A DNA stretch of 64,000 nt from Pseudomonadota bacterium (GCA_038750765.1 JBCDGW010000009.1:158-64157); one strand, 5' to 3'. Counted from the first letter of the stretch, positions 1-10,966 are shown. The notes: generated from the letters alone by a model not told the origin. A program made the numbers and translations.

Positions 1-1
1 G

Positions 2-1252
2 GCTGTCGCGCTGGCCCAAGCCGTGGGATATACAAGCGCCGGCACGGTTGAATTCATCGTCGACGGCGACAAGAACTTCTACTTTCTCGAAATGAACACC
101 CGTCTGCAGGTGGAGCATCCGGTGACCGAGCTGATCACCGGTGTTGACCTGGTGGAACAGATGATCCGTGTGGCGAAGGGCGAGAAGCTGGCGATCCGGC
201 AAGAGGATGTGACGCTGCACGGCTGGGCGATTGAAAATCGTTTGTATGCCGAGGATCCGTATCGCGGATTTCTGCCTTCTATCGGCCGCCTTACACGCTA
301 CCGCCCGCCTGAGGAGACCCCTGGTTACGCGCCTGGCCAAGTGCCCAGCGATATCGTCGTGCGTAACGATACCGGGGTTTATGAAGGTGGCGAAATCTCG
401 ATGTACTATGACCCGATGATCGCCAAGCTGTGCACCTGGGGACCAACGCGCGCTGAGGCAATTAAGGCGATGCGTGTGGCGCTCGACAGTTTCGAGGTGG
501 AGGGCATTGGCCATAACCTGCCGTTTCTCTCCGCAGTGATGGACCACCCAAAATTCGTGGCGGGCGATATGACAACAGCGTTTATCGCCGAGGAGTATCC
601 GAACGGTTTCGAAGGGGTGACGCTACCGGAGCCAGAGTTGCGGCGCGTCGCGGCTGCGGCGGCTGCGATGAACAGGGTCGCAGAGATACGGCGCACGCGG
701 ATCTCTGGGCGGATGGACAATCACGAACGCAAGATCGGCGAGGATTGGGTTGTCGATCTGCAAGACGCCTCGTTTGCGGTGCGCATTGACGCAGATCCGG
801 CGGGCTCGACTGTCATGTTCGAAGATGGCGGCCAAGCGATCCGCGTCAGTGGCGCCTGGACCCCTGGCATGGCTCTGGCCACCCTAGATGTGGACGGCGC
901 GCCCTTGGTTATGAAGGTGGCGAAACAGCCTGGTGGTTTCGTGCTGCGCAGCCGCGGCGCCGAGCTATCAGTCACAGTGCGCACCCCGCGCCAGGCAGAG
1001 CTGGCCGCGCTGATGCCGCAGAAAGTAGCGCCTGACACGTCGAAGCTGCTGCTGTGCCCGATGCCCGGGCTCATCGTGAAGGTGGATGTCTCTGTCGGCG
1101 ACGAGGTGCAGGAAGGTCAGGCGCTTTGCACAATCGAAGCGATGAAGATGGAGAACATCTTGCGCGCTGAGAAAAAGGGTGTGGTCAAGCAGATCAATGC
1201 GGATGCTGGCGATAGTCTGGCTGTTGACGACGTCATCATGGAGTTTGAGTGA
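2..1252 (+). CDS. pccA: Propionyl-CoA carboxylase alpha subunit (biotin carboxylase + biotin carrier), 5'-truncated by window edge
   Basis: FLEMNTRLQVEHPVTE biotin-carboxylase motif, C-terminal EAMKME biotinylation motif, close to methylmalonyl-CoA mutase. Confidence 0.92.
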   Translation, partial: AVALAQAVGYTSAGTVEFIVDGDKNFYFLEMNTRLQVEHPVTELITGVDLVEQMIRVAKGEKLAIRQEDVTLHGWAIENRLYAEDPYRGFLPSIGRLTRYRPPEETPGYAPGQVPSDIVVRNDTGVYEGGEISMYYDPMIAKLCTWGPTRAEAIKAMRVALDSFEVEGIGHNLPFLSAVMDHPKFVAGDMTTAFIAEEYPNGFEGVTLPEPELRRVAAAAAAMNRVAEIRRTRISGRMDNHERKIGEDWVVDLQDASFAVRIDADPAGSTVMFEDGGQAIRVSGAWTPGMALATLDVDGAPLVMKVAKQPGGFVLRSRGAELSVTVRTPRQAELAALMPQKVAPDTSKLLLCPMPGLIVKVDVSVGDEVQEGQALCTIEAMKMENILRAEKKGVVKQINADAGDSLAVDDVIMEFE

Positions 1253-2778
1253 GCGGGGCCAGCGATAACCGCGTTCCTTGGGCGGCAGTCCTGGTTGCAC
1301 TGGCGGGGTTTTTAGCCCTGCAAACCGCAGCGTATCTCGCCGTTGGCGGGTTCGAGTACCCCCATGACGACCCCTATATCCATCTTGCGATCGCCGAACA
1401 GATCACAGCAGGCAATTACGGGGTCAATGCAGGCGAGGTAGCCGCCGCTGCGTCATCGCCGCTGTTTCCGGTCTTGCTGACCCCGTTCGCTGGCGATCCG
1501 ATCCAGCGTTATCTGCCGTTAGCGTGGAACCTTATGGGCCTGATCCTGGCCGCGTGGCTGTGGGGCGCGATCCTGGCGCGCGCGGGCTATCGCGGTGTTT
1601 TGGGTTTGGTGTTCGCGCTCCTGGGGCCCATCGCGCTCAATATGGTCGGGCTCAGCCATGTGGGCATGGAGCATATGCTGCACACGGCGGCGAGCCTGGC
1701 GATTGTGTTTGGCCTCCTCCGTTTCGTCGATGAGAGCGTGATCACAGCGCCCTTGGCCATCGGTATCGCCCTTGCCCCGCTGTTGCGGTTCGAAGGGTTG
1801 GCGCTGGCGTTGTTCGCGGCTCTGGCTGTGCTTTTGGCGGGGCGGCGTGTCGGCGGCGCGGCGCTTGTCTGCCTTGCCATCCTCCCGCTTGCAGCGTTTT
1901 GCCTGTTTCTGATCAGTCAGGGGCTAGAGCCGCTACCCAGTTCAGTGCGGGCGAAACTGGCCAATCCGCATGTAGAAGAGCCCGGGCTGTTGGGGCGGTT
2001 GTTCGACCGCATTGCGGCGCTGTGGGATCAGCGGCGCGAGCAGATCTTGGCGCTGATGATCGCCCTGGCGGTCTTGTTCGCGTTCCAGCCGCGGCTGCGG
2101 CCCCGTCGCATGCTGCTGGTGGTGACAGGCCTTGCGGCGTTGGCCCATTTCTTCGTCGGTCGTTTCGGATGGATTGACCGATACGAGATTTACATTCTGT
2201 GTGCGCTCGCCGCCGCGCTGCTTGCCGTGGCCGCGCTCGGGCGCTCACATATCTGGTCAATGCTGGTGCTGGTACCAATGGGTATCGCCCTGTTTCTCTA
2301 CGGGCCGCTTGCGGTGCGCCTCTATCCCGGCGCTGGCCTCGCGGTGAAAGTGCAGCAGGCGCAGATGGCGCGCTTCGCCAAAGACTATTTGCAAGAGCCG
2401 GTGGCGGTGAATGATTTGGGCTATGTCGCCTGGGCCAACCCCAATTACGTTCTGGATATCTGGGGGCTCGCGAACGCTCAGGCGCTGTCGCTTCGGCTCG
2501 ATCAAGGGGCTGAGCCCGGCTGGATCGGTGAACTCACCGACGCCCAGGATGTGCGCTTTGCGATGGTCTACGATGTTTGGTTCAGCGATGAGCTTGGCGC
2601 AGATTGGCGATTGCTAGGGCAGCTTGAGACGCTTGTTCCTAGCTTCTACCTGGGCGGTGATCTGGTGAATTTCTTTCTCACCGACAGCGAAATAGACCCC
2701 GAGCCCTATCGCGCGCTGCTACGCGAATGGGCCGAGGACTTACCGCCAGGCGCGCGGTTCGAGTTCTCAGCGCCCTAG
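1249..2778 (+). CDS. Polytopic membrane protein, possible GT-C-fold glycosyltransferase
   Basis: Many hydrophobic helices; DD-containing first loop (HDDPYIH...NYGVN...SSPLF); GTG start overlaps the pccA stop. Confidence 0.55.
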   Translation: MSGASDNRVPWAAVLVALAGFLALQTAAYLAVGGFEYPHDDPYIHLAIAEQITAGNYGVNAGEVAAAASSPLFPVLLTPFAGDPIQRYLPLAWNLMGLILAAWLWGAILARAGYRGVLGLVFALLGPIALNMVGLSHVGMEHMLHTAASLAIVFGLLRFVDESVITAPLAIGIALAPLLRFEGLALALFAALAVLLAGRRVGGAALVCLAILPLAAFCLFLISQGLEPLPSSVRAKLANPHVEEPGLLGRLFDRIAALWDQRREQILALMIALAVLFAFQPRLRPRRMLLVVTGLAALAHFFVGRFGWIDRYEIYILCALAAALLAVAALGRSHIWSMLVLVPMGIALFLYGPLAVRLYPGAGLAVKVQQAQMARFAKDYLQEPVAVNDLGYVAWANPNYVLDIWGLANAQALSLRLDQGAEPGWIGELTDAQDVRFAMVYDVWFSDELGADWRLLGQLETLVPSFYLGGDLVNFFLTDSEIDPEPYRALLREWAEDLPPGARFEFSAP

Positions 2779-2785
2779 CCGCGTG

Positions 2786-3352
2786 TTAGCCGCCGCCGCG
2801 CAGTTCCTGTTGCCGCAACGGCCATTTGTCGATTGCATGAGAGATCTCGCGCACATCCCAAGGGAAGGGTTTGCGCAAGTTGACCCGCCCGTCTTTACCC
2901 ACAAGCGTTAACTGAAAGCCGCGTGGGCGAAACTTAAGCCGCACTTCGCTGCGCGCGCCCGGATCGGTATCGGTAATCACCACGACATCACGCGCGATCA
3001 GCTCGTCTGGGCGATCCGTCAACAGCTCAATCTGTTCCTGAAACCGCAGATCAGCGGGCGTGTCGGCGAAAACCAAGATTGGCCGAGATGTCCACAGAAA
3101 ATCGTCGAGCGACACGTCGGCCGCGTCCAGGATGCGCAGGCCTTCTTCCTCGGGCTCGGCTGCGTCACCGCTATCGCCTTCGGCCGTTTCGACCCCGGGC
3201 GTGTCCTCGTCGGTGTTCGCCGCGGTATCCGGGGTCTCATCAGCCTCTAGGGTGGCGCCAGAGTCTGCGACGTCGCTCGACACGCTAGTCTCTTGAGCCA
3301 AAAGCGGTATTGCCGCAAAAACAGTGAATGCGAGAGTAAGTAGCCTAAACAT
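2786..3352 (-). CDS. DUF4174-domain exported protein
   Basis: Signal peptide, acidic linker, then [11 protein letters not shown]...[10 protein letters not shown]...[11 protein letters not shown] pattern typical of DUF4174. Confidence 0.75.
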   Translation of the reverse strand: MFRLLTLAFTVFAAIPLLAQETSVSSDVADSGATLEADETPDTAANTDEDTPGVETAEGDSGDAAEPEEEGLRILDAADVSLDDFLWTSRPILVFADTPADLRFQEQIELLTDRPDELIARDVVVITDTDPGARSEVRLKFRPRGFQLTLVGKDGRVNLRKPFPWDVREISHAIDKWPLRQQELRGGG

Positions 3353-3447
3353 CGCGCCTCCTATCGATTTCGCATATAGGGTGCCTGCGAGCGAAGCGTA
3401 AGAAACTTTTTGGTCGCGCCTGGTGCGCTGAAAGAAGGGCCAGCAGC

Positions 3448-5586
3448 ATGAGCGATTTAGAGAAATGGCGCGAGCGAGCCGAGAAAGAGCTTAAAGGGCG
3501 CGACCCTAGCACACTGACCTGGCAAACCCCTGAAGGGATTGCGGTAAATCCGCTTTACACGGCAGTGGATGTCAGCGGTTTGGCGCATATGGGCAGTCTT
3601 CCTGGCGAGCCGCCGTTCACGCGCGGGCCGCGTGCGACAATGTATACCGGTCGACCCTGGACGATTAGGCAATATGCCGGTTTCTCCACCGCCGAGGAAT
3701 CAAACGCGTTCTACCGCAAGGCTTTGGCCGCCGGGCAGCAGGGGGTTTCCGTCGCGTTCGATCTGGCCACCCACCGCGGATATGACAGCGATCACGACCG
3801 CGTGGAGGGCGATGTTGGTAAAGCCGGTGTCGCGATCGACTCCGTCGAGGACATGAAAATCCTCTTCGACGGTATCCCGCTCGATGAAATCTCTGTGTCA
3901 ATGACCATGAACGGTGCGGTGATACCAGTGTTGGCCAGCTTCGTCGTCGCTGGTCAGGAGCAAGGGGTGCCGACCGAGGCGCTGTCGGGCACCATTCAGA
4001 ACGACATTTTGAAAGAGTTCATGGTGCGCAACACCTATATCTACCCGCCAGAGCCCTCGATGCGTATCGTCTCCGACATCATCGCCTACACTGCCGCCGA
4101 GATGCCGCGGTTCAACTCGATTTCGATTTCGGGCTATCACATGCAAGAGGCGGGCGCGAACCTTGTTCAAGAACTGGCCTTCACCCTGGCTGACGGCAAG
4201 GAATACGTGAAAACGGCAGTCGCGCGCGGCATGGATGTCGACGCGTTCGCTGGGCGTCTCAGCTTTTTCTTCGCCATCGGGATGAACTTCTTCATGGAGG
4301 CGGCAAAGCTGCGTGCGGCGCGTTTTTTGTGGCACCGGATTATGAGCGAGTTCAATCCGCAGAAACCCCAAAGCCTGATGCTCCGGACGCATTGCCAGAC
4401 GAGCGGTGTCTCGCTGCAAGAGCAGGATCCCTATAACAACATCGTGCGCACAGCCTATGAGGCGATGAGCGCGGTTCTAGGCGGCACGCAATCGCTGCAT
4501 ACAAACTCATTCGATGAGGCCATCGCGCTGCCGACAGAGTTTTCCTCGCGCATTGCCCGCAACACCCAATTGATCCTGCAAAACGAAACCGGGGTGACCA
4601 ATGTCGTCGATCCTCTCGCGGGTTCTTACTATGTCGAAAAGCTCACCGCCGACTTGGCCGACGAAGCCTGGGCGCTGATTGAGGAAGTGGATGCGATGGG
4701 CGGGATGACCAAGGCGGTCGCTTCCGGCATGCCCAAACTGCGCATCGAAGAGACAGCAGCACGGCGCCAAGCGGCGGTTGACCGGGGCGACGAGGTGATC
4801 GTCGGCGTCAACAAGTTTCGCCTCGCTGAGGAAGACGAGATCGACATCCTCGATGTGGACAATGTCGCGGTGCGTGAATCGCAAGTTACCCGGCTGCGCA
4901 CGATCAAGAACACCCGTGACCAAGCTGCGTGTGACGCGGCGTTGGCGGCGCTTCAGGCCGGCGCGGAAAGCGGTGAGGGCAACTTACTGGCCCTTGCTGT
5001 CGAAGCGGCGCGGGCGCGCGCCACGGTTGGTGAGATATCGATGGCGATGGAGAATGTGTTCGGTCGCCATCGCGCCGAGGTCAAAACGCTCGCTGGGGTG
5101 TACGGTGCAGCCTATGAAGGCGATGCGGGCTTTGCCCAGATCCAGCGCGATGTCGAGGCGTTTGCCGAGGCGGAGGGTCGGCGCCCGCGGATGCTGGTCG
5201 TCAAAATGGGCCAGGACGGCCATGATCGCGGCGCCAAGGTGATCGCCACTGCGTTTGCCGATATCGGTTTTGATGTGGATGTTGGCCCGCTGTTCCAGAC
5301 CCCGAAAGAGGCCGCCCAAGACGCCATCGACAATGACGTGCATGTGGTCGGCATCTCTAGCCAAGCAGCAGGTCATAAAACCTTGGCGCCCAAGCTGATC
5401 GCAGCGCTGAAAGAGCAGGGCGCCGACGACATCATCGTCATTTGCGGCGGCGTGATCCCGCACCAGGATTACGACTTCCTCTATCAGGCCGGTGTGAAAG
5501 CGATCTTTGGGCCCGGCACCAACATTCCCGAAGCGGCGAAGGATATCCTGAAACTGATCGGTGAAGCGCGTCAGGCCGCCGCGTAG
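3448..5586 (+). CDS. scpA: Methylmalonyl-CoA mutase (B12-dependent)
   Basis: [24 protein letters not shown] and B12-binding GQDGHDRG motifs; 712 aa. Confidence 0.96.
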   Translation: MSDLEKWRERAEKELKGRDPSTLTWQTPEGIAVNPLYTAVDVSGLAHMGSLPGEPPFTRGPRATMYTGRPWTIRQYAGFSTAEESNAFYRKALAAGQQGVSVAFDLATHRGYDSDHDRVEGDVGKAGVAIDSVEDMKILFDGIPLDEISVSMTMNGAVIPVLASFVVAGQEQGVPTEALSGTIQNDILKEFMVRNTYIYPPEPSMRIVSDIIAYTAAEMPRFNSISISGYHMQEAGANLVQELAFTLADGKEYVKTAVARGMDVDAFAGRLSFFFAIGMNFFMEAAKLRAARFLWHRIMSEFNPQKPQSLMLRTHCQTSGVSLQEQDPYNNIVRTAYEAMSAVLGGTQSLHTNSFDEAIALPTEFSSRIARNTQLILQNETGVTNVVDPLAGSYYVEKLTADLADEAWALIEEVDAMGGMTKAVASGMPKLRIEETAARRQAAVDRGDEVIVGVNKFRLAEEDEIDILDVDNVAVRESQVTRLRTIKNTRDQAACDAALAALQAGAESGEGNLLALAVEAARARATVGEISMAMENVFGRHRAEVKTLAGVYGAAYEGDAGFAQIQRDVEAFAEAEGRRPRMLVVKMGQDGHDRGAKVIATAFADIGFDVDVGPLFQTPKEAAQDAIDNDVHVVGISSQAAGHKTLAPKLIAALKEQGADDIIVICGGVIPHQDYDFLYQAGVKAIFGPGTNIPEAAKDILKLIGEARQAAA

Positions 5587-5733
5587 GCGCCGCAGATACG
5601 GGCGAGCGGCTCGGCGACAGGGCAACGCGATCCGATCAACCGGGTCGGAAAAGCACGCACGGGGATTGCAGCCGCGCCCACCCGTGGGGCATTGAGTGGC
5701 GGACGAACAGCGCCGCTGAAGGAGCCTAATTTA

Positions 5734-6234
5734 ATGACGAAACAGCTTGGCTGGATAGCGACCGGCGCGGGGCTTCTTTGGGCGATTGCTGTCATCATTA
5801 TCGGCACGATGCTCGATATCCCGCCGTTTTCACGGGTGCTGATCGCGCCCTACTTCTTCCTCGCGCCAGGCCTCGTTTTGATCGCCATGGTCGTGGCCCA
5901 TACCATACGTGGTTTGTCGACCCACGACCCAGAGACGTTATCGAGCGGCAGCGCGATAGATGCCGCCGTCGTGCGCGACACCGTGAACCATGCCGTGCTT
6001 GCGCTGAGTCTTTGGCCTGCGCTTTCATTTGTCTGGCTCAACGATGGTCTCGGTCTGGTGATGAGTCTTTCCGTTGCCTTCGCGATTGCCCGGATCCTGT
6101 TTTGGATAGGTGCCCACAAATCCGCGGTGCTGCGCCTTTTTGGCTTGATGGCGACGCTCTTGCCGACCTTGCTGGCATTGCTCTGGGGCCTTCTGGTGCG
6201 CCTGCCAGAATTCATCTCGGGCCTGTCGGCATGA
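5734..6234 (+). CDS. Small membrane protein, MAPEG-like
   Basis: About 4 TM helices, FAIARILFWIG motif, AAGGAG upstream of ATG 5734. Confidence 0.55.
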   Translation: MTKQLGWIATGAGLLWAIAVIIIGTMLDIPPFSRVLIAPYFFLAPGLVLIAMVVAHTIRGLSTHDPETLSSGSAIDAAVVRDTVNHAVLALSLWPALSFVWLNDGLGLVMSLSVAFAIARILFWIGAHKSAVLRLFGLMATLLPTLLALLWGLLVRLPEFISGLSA

Positions 6235-6836
6235 TGGAGTTGGACCACCTGGTGATTGCCACCGAAGACCTGGGCGAGGGTGCGCGCGAGATCGAAGACT
6301 TGCTGGGGCTGGAACTCGCCCCTGGCGGTGTGCATGAGCGCATGGGCACCCATAACCGTCTGCTCAATCTCGGCACGGTTTATCTGGAGATCATCGCGAT
6401 CAACCCAGCGGCGGCGGCACCCGGGCGTCCGCGGTGGTATGCGCTCGACGGTTTCAAAGCGCCTACCCGCCTCACCCATTGGGCGGCGCGCTGTGACATG
6501 CTGTCGGATGCGCCTCCCGAAGCAGGCGAACCTCAAGAATTCACGCGCGGCGACTTGCGCTGGCGGATGGCGGTGCCTGCCGACGGGGTCTTGCCTTTCT
6601 CCGGTGTTCACCCCGCGCTTTTGCAATGGGAAGGCGTGAACCACCCCTGCAAAACCCTGCCTGAAAGCGGGTGCCGCCTCAAAAGCCTTGAGTTGCGGCA
6701 TCCCGATGCGAAAGGCGTTGAGGCCGCCTTGGCCAGCTTGCAGGGCGACTGGCCGGAAGTCACCGTCGTGCAAGGCCCGGTCGCTTTGGTGGCAACGCTA
6801 TCGACGCCCCAGGGTGATGTTCAACTGCCTGCCTAG
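6231..6836 (+). CDS. VOC/glyoxalase-like family protein
   Basis: LDHLVI...GGVHERMGTHNRLL...YLEIIAI motif; ATGA overlap with the upstream stop. Confidence 0.85.
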   Translation: MMELDHLVIATEDLGEGAREIEDLLGLELAPGGVHERMGTHNRLLNLGTVYLEIIAINPAAAAPGRPRWYALDGFKAPTRLTHWAARCDMLSDAPPEAGEPQEFTRGDLRWRMAVPADGVLPFSGVHPALLQWEGVNHPCKTLPESGCRLKSLELRHPDAKGVEAALASLQGDWPEVTVVQGPVALVATLSTPQGDVQLPA

Positions 6837-6948
6837 GGCGTTTGCGGCGGCCCGCATCGCGGTGCGCATTGACCGGCAAGAGCGCCTATGGCAAGCCCGA
6901 GTTTAGCGCCACCAACGGTTGCCAGGACCCGCACATGGAGGCCCGCGC

Positions 6949-8481
6949 ATGGACGGACCAGCCGAACGCAGCGAGGAAAACTGGGGCCCGTTCGGCCGCC
7001 CGCTTTTCGACGATCCGAAGATGTCGTGGCTCAAACGCGTCGGTGTGGTCGATGTCGGGTCAAACTCCATCCGGCTGGTGATCTTTGACGGGGCCGCCCG
7101 CAGCCCGGCGTACTTTTACAACGAGAAGATCATGGCCGGTTTGGGCGCGGGGCTCCCGGAAACCGGCCGCCTCAACCCGGAGGGCCGCGAACGGGCTTTA
7201 GCGGCGCTTACCCGGTTCCAGCTTCTCGCTGAAGATTTTCGCATGCCACCGCTCGCGGCAGTGGCCACCGCTGCGGTCCGCAACGCGAAAGACGGTAATG
7301 ATTTCTGCCAAGAAGTGCTTGAAAAGACGGGCATGAGGCTCTGGGTGATCGACGGCAAAGAAGAGGCGCGCCTGTCAGCGCAAGGTATCTTGTTGGGTTG
7401 GCCTGCCGCAACTGGCCTGATGTGCGATATCGGCGGATCTTCGATGGAGCTCGCGGATGTCTCGCAAGGCGACATTGGATCGTGCCTGACATCGCCGTTG
7501 GGCCCGCTGCAACTTCAGGGAATAGAGAGCAAGAAAGAGCGGCGCGCGCATATCGCCTCAACGATCCGCGATATGGCAAAAAAGCTCGGTAAGCGACGCG
7601 CGCGGCTCTACTTGGTCGGTGGCTCGTGGCGCGCCTTGGCGCGGATCGACATGGTCCGACGCAGCTATCCGCTACACGTGCTGCACGAGTATCGGATGAC
7701 CCCGGATGATATCCGCAAGACGCTCACCTTTTTCGAAGACCAGGATCCCGCTGAGATCGGGGCGGCCTCGTCCACGTCTTCATCGCGGATGGCGCTATTG
7801 CCGATGGCTGCAGAAGTGCTGGGTGAATTGGTCGACGCACTCCGCCCGCGTGAAATCGCGATATCGAGCTACGGGCTTCGCGAGGGCATGCTCTACCAGC
7901 AGATGCCGATGGCCCTGCGTCAGCGCGATCCCCTGATCGAAGCGTGCCTCTTCGCCGAAGCCAAAGACAGCCGTCACCCGGGCTTTGGCCAGGTACTCTA
8001 CCGCTTTCTGGAGCCGCTTTTTGGTGACGTGCCAGCAGAGCGCCTCCGCCTTATCCAAGCGGCGTGTTTGCTGCATGACGTCACGTGGCGCGCGCATCCT
8101 GATTACCGCCACGAGGCCTGTTTTGACTACATTACCCGCGCCTCTTTGGGTGGTCTGACGCATCTGGGGCGGGTGTTTATTGGAACCGCGCTGATGTTTC
8201 GCTACAAGAATAAAGGGCCGTCACAGAGGTTCACCGATATGGTCGCGCTTATGTCGGACGCGGACAGAAACCAAGCCGAAGTGCTGGGCAAGGCGATGCG
8301 CTTTGGTGCGATGCTCACCGCTGATCTCGACCAAGGGCTGGGCACGCTGTCGGTGGATGAAAAAGCCGGTTTGTTGCAAGTTGCGCTAAGCGAGCGGTCG
8401 CACGGTCTTTTCGGCGAGGTTGCCCAGGCGCGGTTCAAGTCGCTCGCCGGGTCGCTCGGGTTAGAGCCTTCAGCAATCTGA
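6949..8481 (+). CDS. ppx: Ppx/GppA exopolyphosphatase
   Basis: VVDVGSNSIRL, ATAAVR, DIGGSSMEL, GLREG and HD-like LLHD motifs; GGAGG RBS. Confidence 0.92.
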   Translation: MDGPAERSEENWGPFGRPLFDDPKMSWLKRVGVVDVGSNSIRLVIFDGAARSPAYFYNEKIMAGLGAGLPETGRLNPEGRERALAALTRFQLLAEDFRMPPLAAVATAAVRNAKDGNDFCQEVLEKTGMRLWVIDGKEEARLSAQGILLGWPAATGLMCDIGGSSMELADVSQGDIGSCLTSPLGPLQLQGIESKKERRAHIASTIRDMAKKLGKRRARLYLVGGSWRALARIDMVRRSYPLHVLHEYRMTPDDIRKTLTFFEDQDPAEIGAASSTSSSRMALLPMAAEVLGELVDALRPREIAISSYGLREGMLYQQMPMALRQRDPLIEACLFAEAKDSRHPGFGQVLYRFLEPLFGDVPAERLRLIQAACLLHDVTWRAHPDYRHEACFDYITRASLGGLTHLGRVFIGTALMFRYKNKGPSQRFTDMVALMSDADRNQAEVLGKAMRFGAMLTADLDQGLGTLSVDEKAGLLQVALSERSHGLFGEVAQARFKSLAGSLGLEPSAI

Positions 8482-8578
8482 TCCGGTCTGTCACGCGCGG
8501 CCTGCGTTACGCGCAACTCAGGTGGCGCGGCGCGCGCGGCCTGGCATGATCGCTTCCAGGCCACGCGACATTGGTTTC

Positions 8579-10564
8579 TTAAAAGATGAAGTCGTTCGCG
8601 GCGATGTCGCCAGCGGCGACGCCCTCAAGTAGGATCGTCTGCCCTGCCGAGACGGTGATCAAGGTGTTTCCGCCCTGCTGCGCAACGGTGAGATCGCCGA
8701 AGTTGTTCACCGCGCTGTGCTGGGTAAAGTCGATACGCTCATTGATATTGTTGGCATCAAAGTCTGTGATCGTATCGTTGCCGAACCCGTCATCGTAGAC
8801 GAAAGTGTCGGCATTAAAGCGGCCTTCGAGCGTGTCATTGCCTGCGCCGCCTTCGATCGTGTCGAACCCGGCAAAGCCGACGATGATGTCATCGCCGTCG
8901 TCACCCGACAGTATTTCGTTGCCAGTGCCGCCGCCGATATCGTCATCGCCATCGCCGCCAAACAGCGAGACGTTGCCGGTCTCGTTAGCCAGCCGGTCAT
9001 CGCCGCGACCACCAAGGACCACCTCAATGCTGGTGAGGCGATCAACACCGATATCCTCGCCCAAGCCGATGTTGAACCCGAGGCTCACGCGCAGATTGCT
9101 GGTGTTCCCGGAGTAATCCATCACATCAGTGCTGGAGCCGCCATTGATGGTCTCGTTGCCGCTACCGCTGACGAAAAAGTCTTCGCCGCTGCCGCCGTCG
9201 ACGCGCGCATCGCCCATGCCGCCGAAGTACCGGTCATTGCCTGAGCCAAGATCGATCTCACCGAAAACCGTGCCGCTGCCGCCGCTGGCGTTGTAGGTGT
9301 CTGAGCCTGCATTCAGCTCCACATCGCCGTCAATAATGCCGGTGTTGACGAGGGTGAGGTTGCCGCTGGCATCGTTAATTGCATCCTGGGCGCGCCGCGT
9401 GCCGAACGGGAAGCTATCGCCGCCGGCAGAGATCAGGCCCGCGTTGTAGATGGTGTTGCCCTGGCCTGTGATCGAATTGATCTCGATCGCTTCACCCTGA
9501 TCTTCGTCATCGATCTCGGGCGAGCCGGTTACGACACCTGTTTGCGTGATGAGGATTTCCTGGTTGGCGCTACCTTCGATCAAGATGCCTTCGCCTTCCT
9601 GACTATCGACTTGGCCGCTGATCACCACTGTGGCGCCGTTGCTTCCCGCAGCAAGCACAAGGCCGCGATCCTGACCTTGGATCGTACCGGCCAGCACAAT
9701 GTCATTGTTTGTCGAGGTGATCTGAACCGCTGCATTGTCGCCGTAGACGTATCCGCCCGCGCCGACCGAGATCTCGGCGTTAGACGATGCCGAGAAAATT
9801 CCGTAGCTTAACGCACCGTCATTGCCGACGCCGCCGACGACATTGCCCGAAACATTTACCTCAGCTCGGGTGCCGAAAACGGCGATGCCGTCCTGCCGCC
9901 CCTCAACCGAGCCCGACACATTGATGTGCACGCGATCGGCCAAGCCGGCGGTTCTTATCCCATCATCGCCAAGGGCGGTGACCGTGCCGCTCACGGTGAT
10001 GTCAGTGTCATCCGCGCTGTTGAAAACGTCGATGCCCGTGCCACCGTTACTGAAGACGTTGCCCGACACGGAAATGCGGTTGTCCTCATTGACAACCTCA
10101 ACCCCGGAACCGTTTGTCGAGCCAGTCATCCCGGCAACCGTTCCCGCAATTATCAATTCATTTGACGGATCACGTAGAATTATGCCGGCGTCGTTTTGCG
10201 ACGTGACGTTGCCACTAGACGTAACAAGGATTGCGTTACCGCCCTGACCACCGCCTTTTACTTCAACCCCCTCGGCACCGCTGGTTACCGTGCCGCCCAC
10301 TGTCACGCGGTCGAATGCATCGATCAAAATGCCTTCGGACGCGGCATCGATGGTGCCGCTTACGACGATGTCTGACGTCGTGTTACCGTTGGTCACCTCA
10401 ATCCCGTCCGAAGCGGAGAGGAGCGTGCCAGCGAATGTCACGTCGGCGCTACCCGTAACCGCGATACCGTCTCCGTTGACGTCCCCGGTGGAGTTAATGT
10501 TGAAAACGTTGTTGCCGCTGTTAACCGCCTGGGTCGTGTTAAAGAAAGTTGTAAATACTGGCAT
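8579..10564 (-). CDS. Secreted RTX-type Ca-binding protein with N-terminal beta-helix-like repeats
   Basis: Gly/Asn/Ser-rich repeats (VSGxV...GI), multiple GGxGxD nonapeptides, T1SS-like C-terminus ending DFIF, no Sec signal; GGAGG RBS. Confidence 0.85.
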   Translation of the reverse strand: MPVFTTFFNTTQAVNSGNNVFNINSTGDVNGDGIAVTGSADVTFAGTLLSASDGIEVTNGNTTSDIVVSGTIDAASEGILIDAFDRVTVGGTVTSGAEGVEVKGGGQGGNAILVTSSGNVTSQNDAGIILRDPSNELIIAGTVAGMTGSTNGSGVEVVNEDNRISVSGNVFSNGGTGIDVFNSADDTDITVSGTVTALGDDGIRTAGLADRVHINVSGSVEGRQDGIAVFGTRAEVNVSGNVVGGVGNDGALSYGIFSASSNAEISVGAGGYVYGDNAAVQITSTNNDIVLAGTIQGQDRGLVLAAGSNGATVVISGQVDSQEGEGILIEGSANQEILITQTGVVTGSPEIDDEDQGEAIEINSITGQGNTIYNAGLISAGGDSFPFGTRRAQDAINDASGNLTLVNTGIIDGDVELNAGSDTYNASGGSGTVFGEIDLGSGNDRYFGGMGDARVDGGSGEDFFVSGSGNETINGGSSTDVMDYSGNTSNLRVSLGFNIGLGEDIGVDRLTSIEVVLGGRGDDRLANETGNVSLFGGDGDDDIGGGTGNEILSGDDGDDIIVGFAGFDTIEGGAGNDTLEGRFNADTFVYDDGFGNDTITDFDANNINERIDFTQHSAVNNFGDLTVAQQGGNTLITVSAGQTILLEGVAAGDIAANDFIF

Positions 10565-10966
10565 AAAAAGCCTCCGCTGTGTTTTTGGTTAGTTTGGGGC
10601 GCCTCGTGAGTTTCCCGACGTTATGCATGCGGGGTCGCTCGCTCATCCCGGTCACGCCACGTCAAGCAATGACAAGAATACACGAAGTTGTCAACTTTGG
10701 CGCGATACCCACAAAATGTAGTATGGTGGCGTGCCCGACGGGAAATTAACGTGCGGCAAGGCTTTACTTTGATTGCACTTTCACGGGCGGTATCGTGCGT
10801 TCTAAACCTTCACCACTGGCGGAACTCTGATCCGCCGCGACGAGGTCCGCGAAGGCGCAAACGGCCTTCGGTTGATCTCCACAACGGGCGCCACGCAAGG
10901 CCGTCGATCCATCAAGTTGCAAGCCAGCCACGTTGAATTCCGTGCTGACGGGGTCACTTCACCGGG

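Noticed and set aside
5778-6230. N-terminal extension of the VOC ORF
   Set aside because: Overlaps the membrane-protein gene in another frame; the real start is ATG 6231 or 6234
6949-8481. ppx without an adjacent ppk as an anomaly
   Set aside because: Separation of ppx and ppk is not unusual, and I cannot see the rest of the genome
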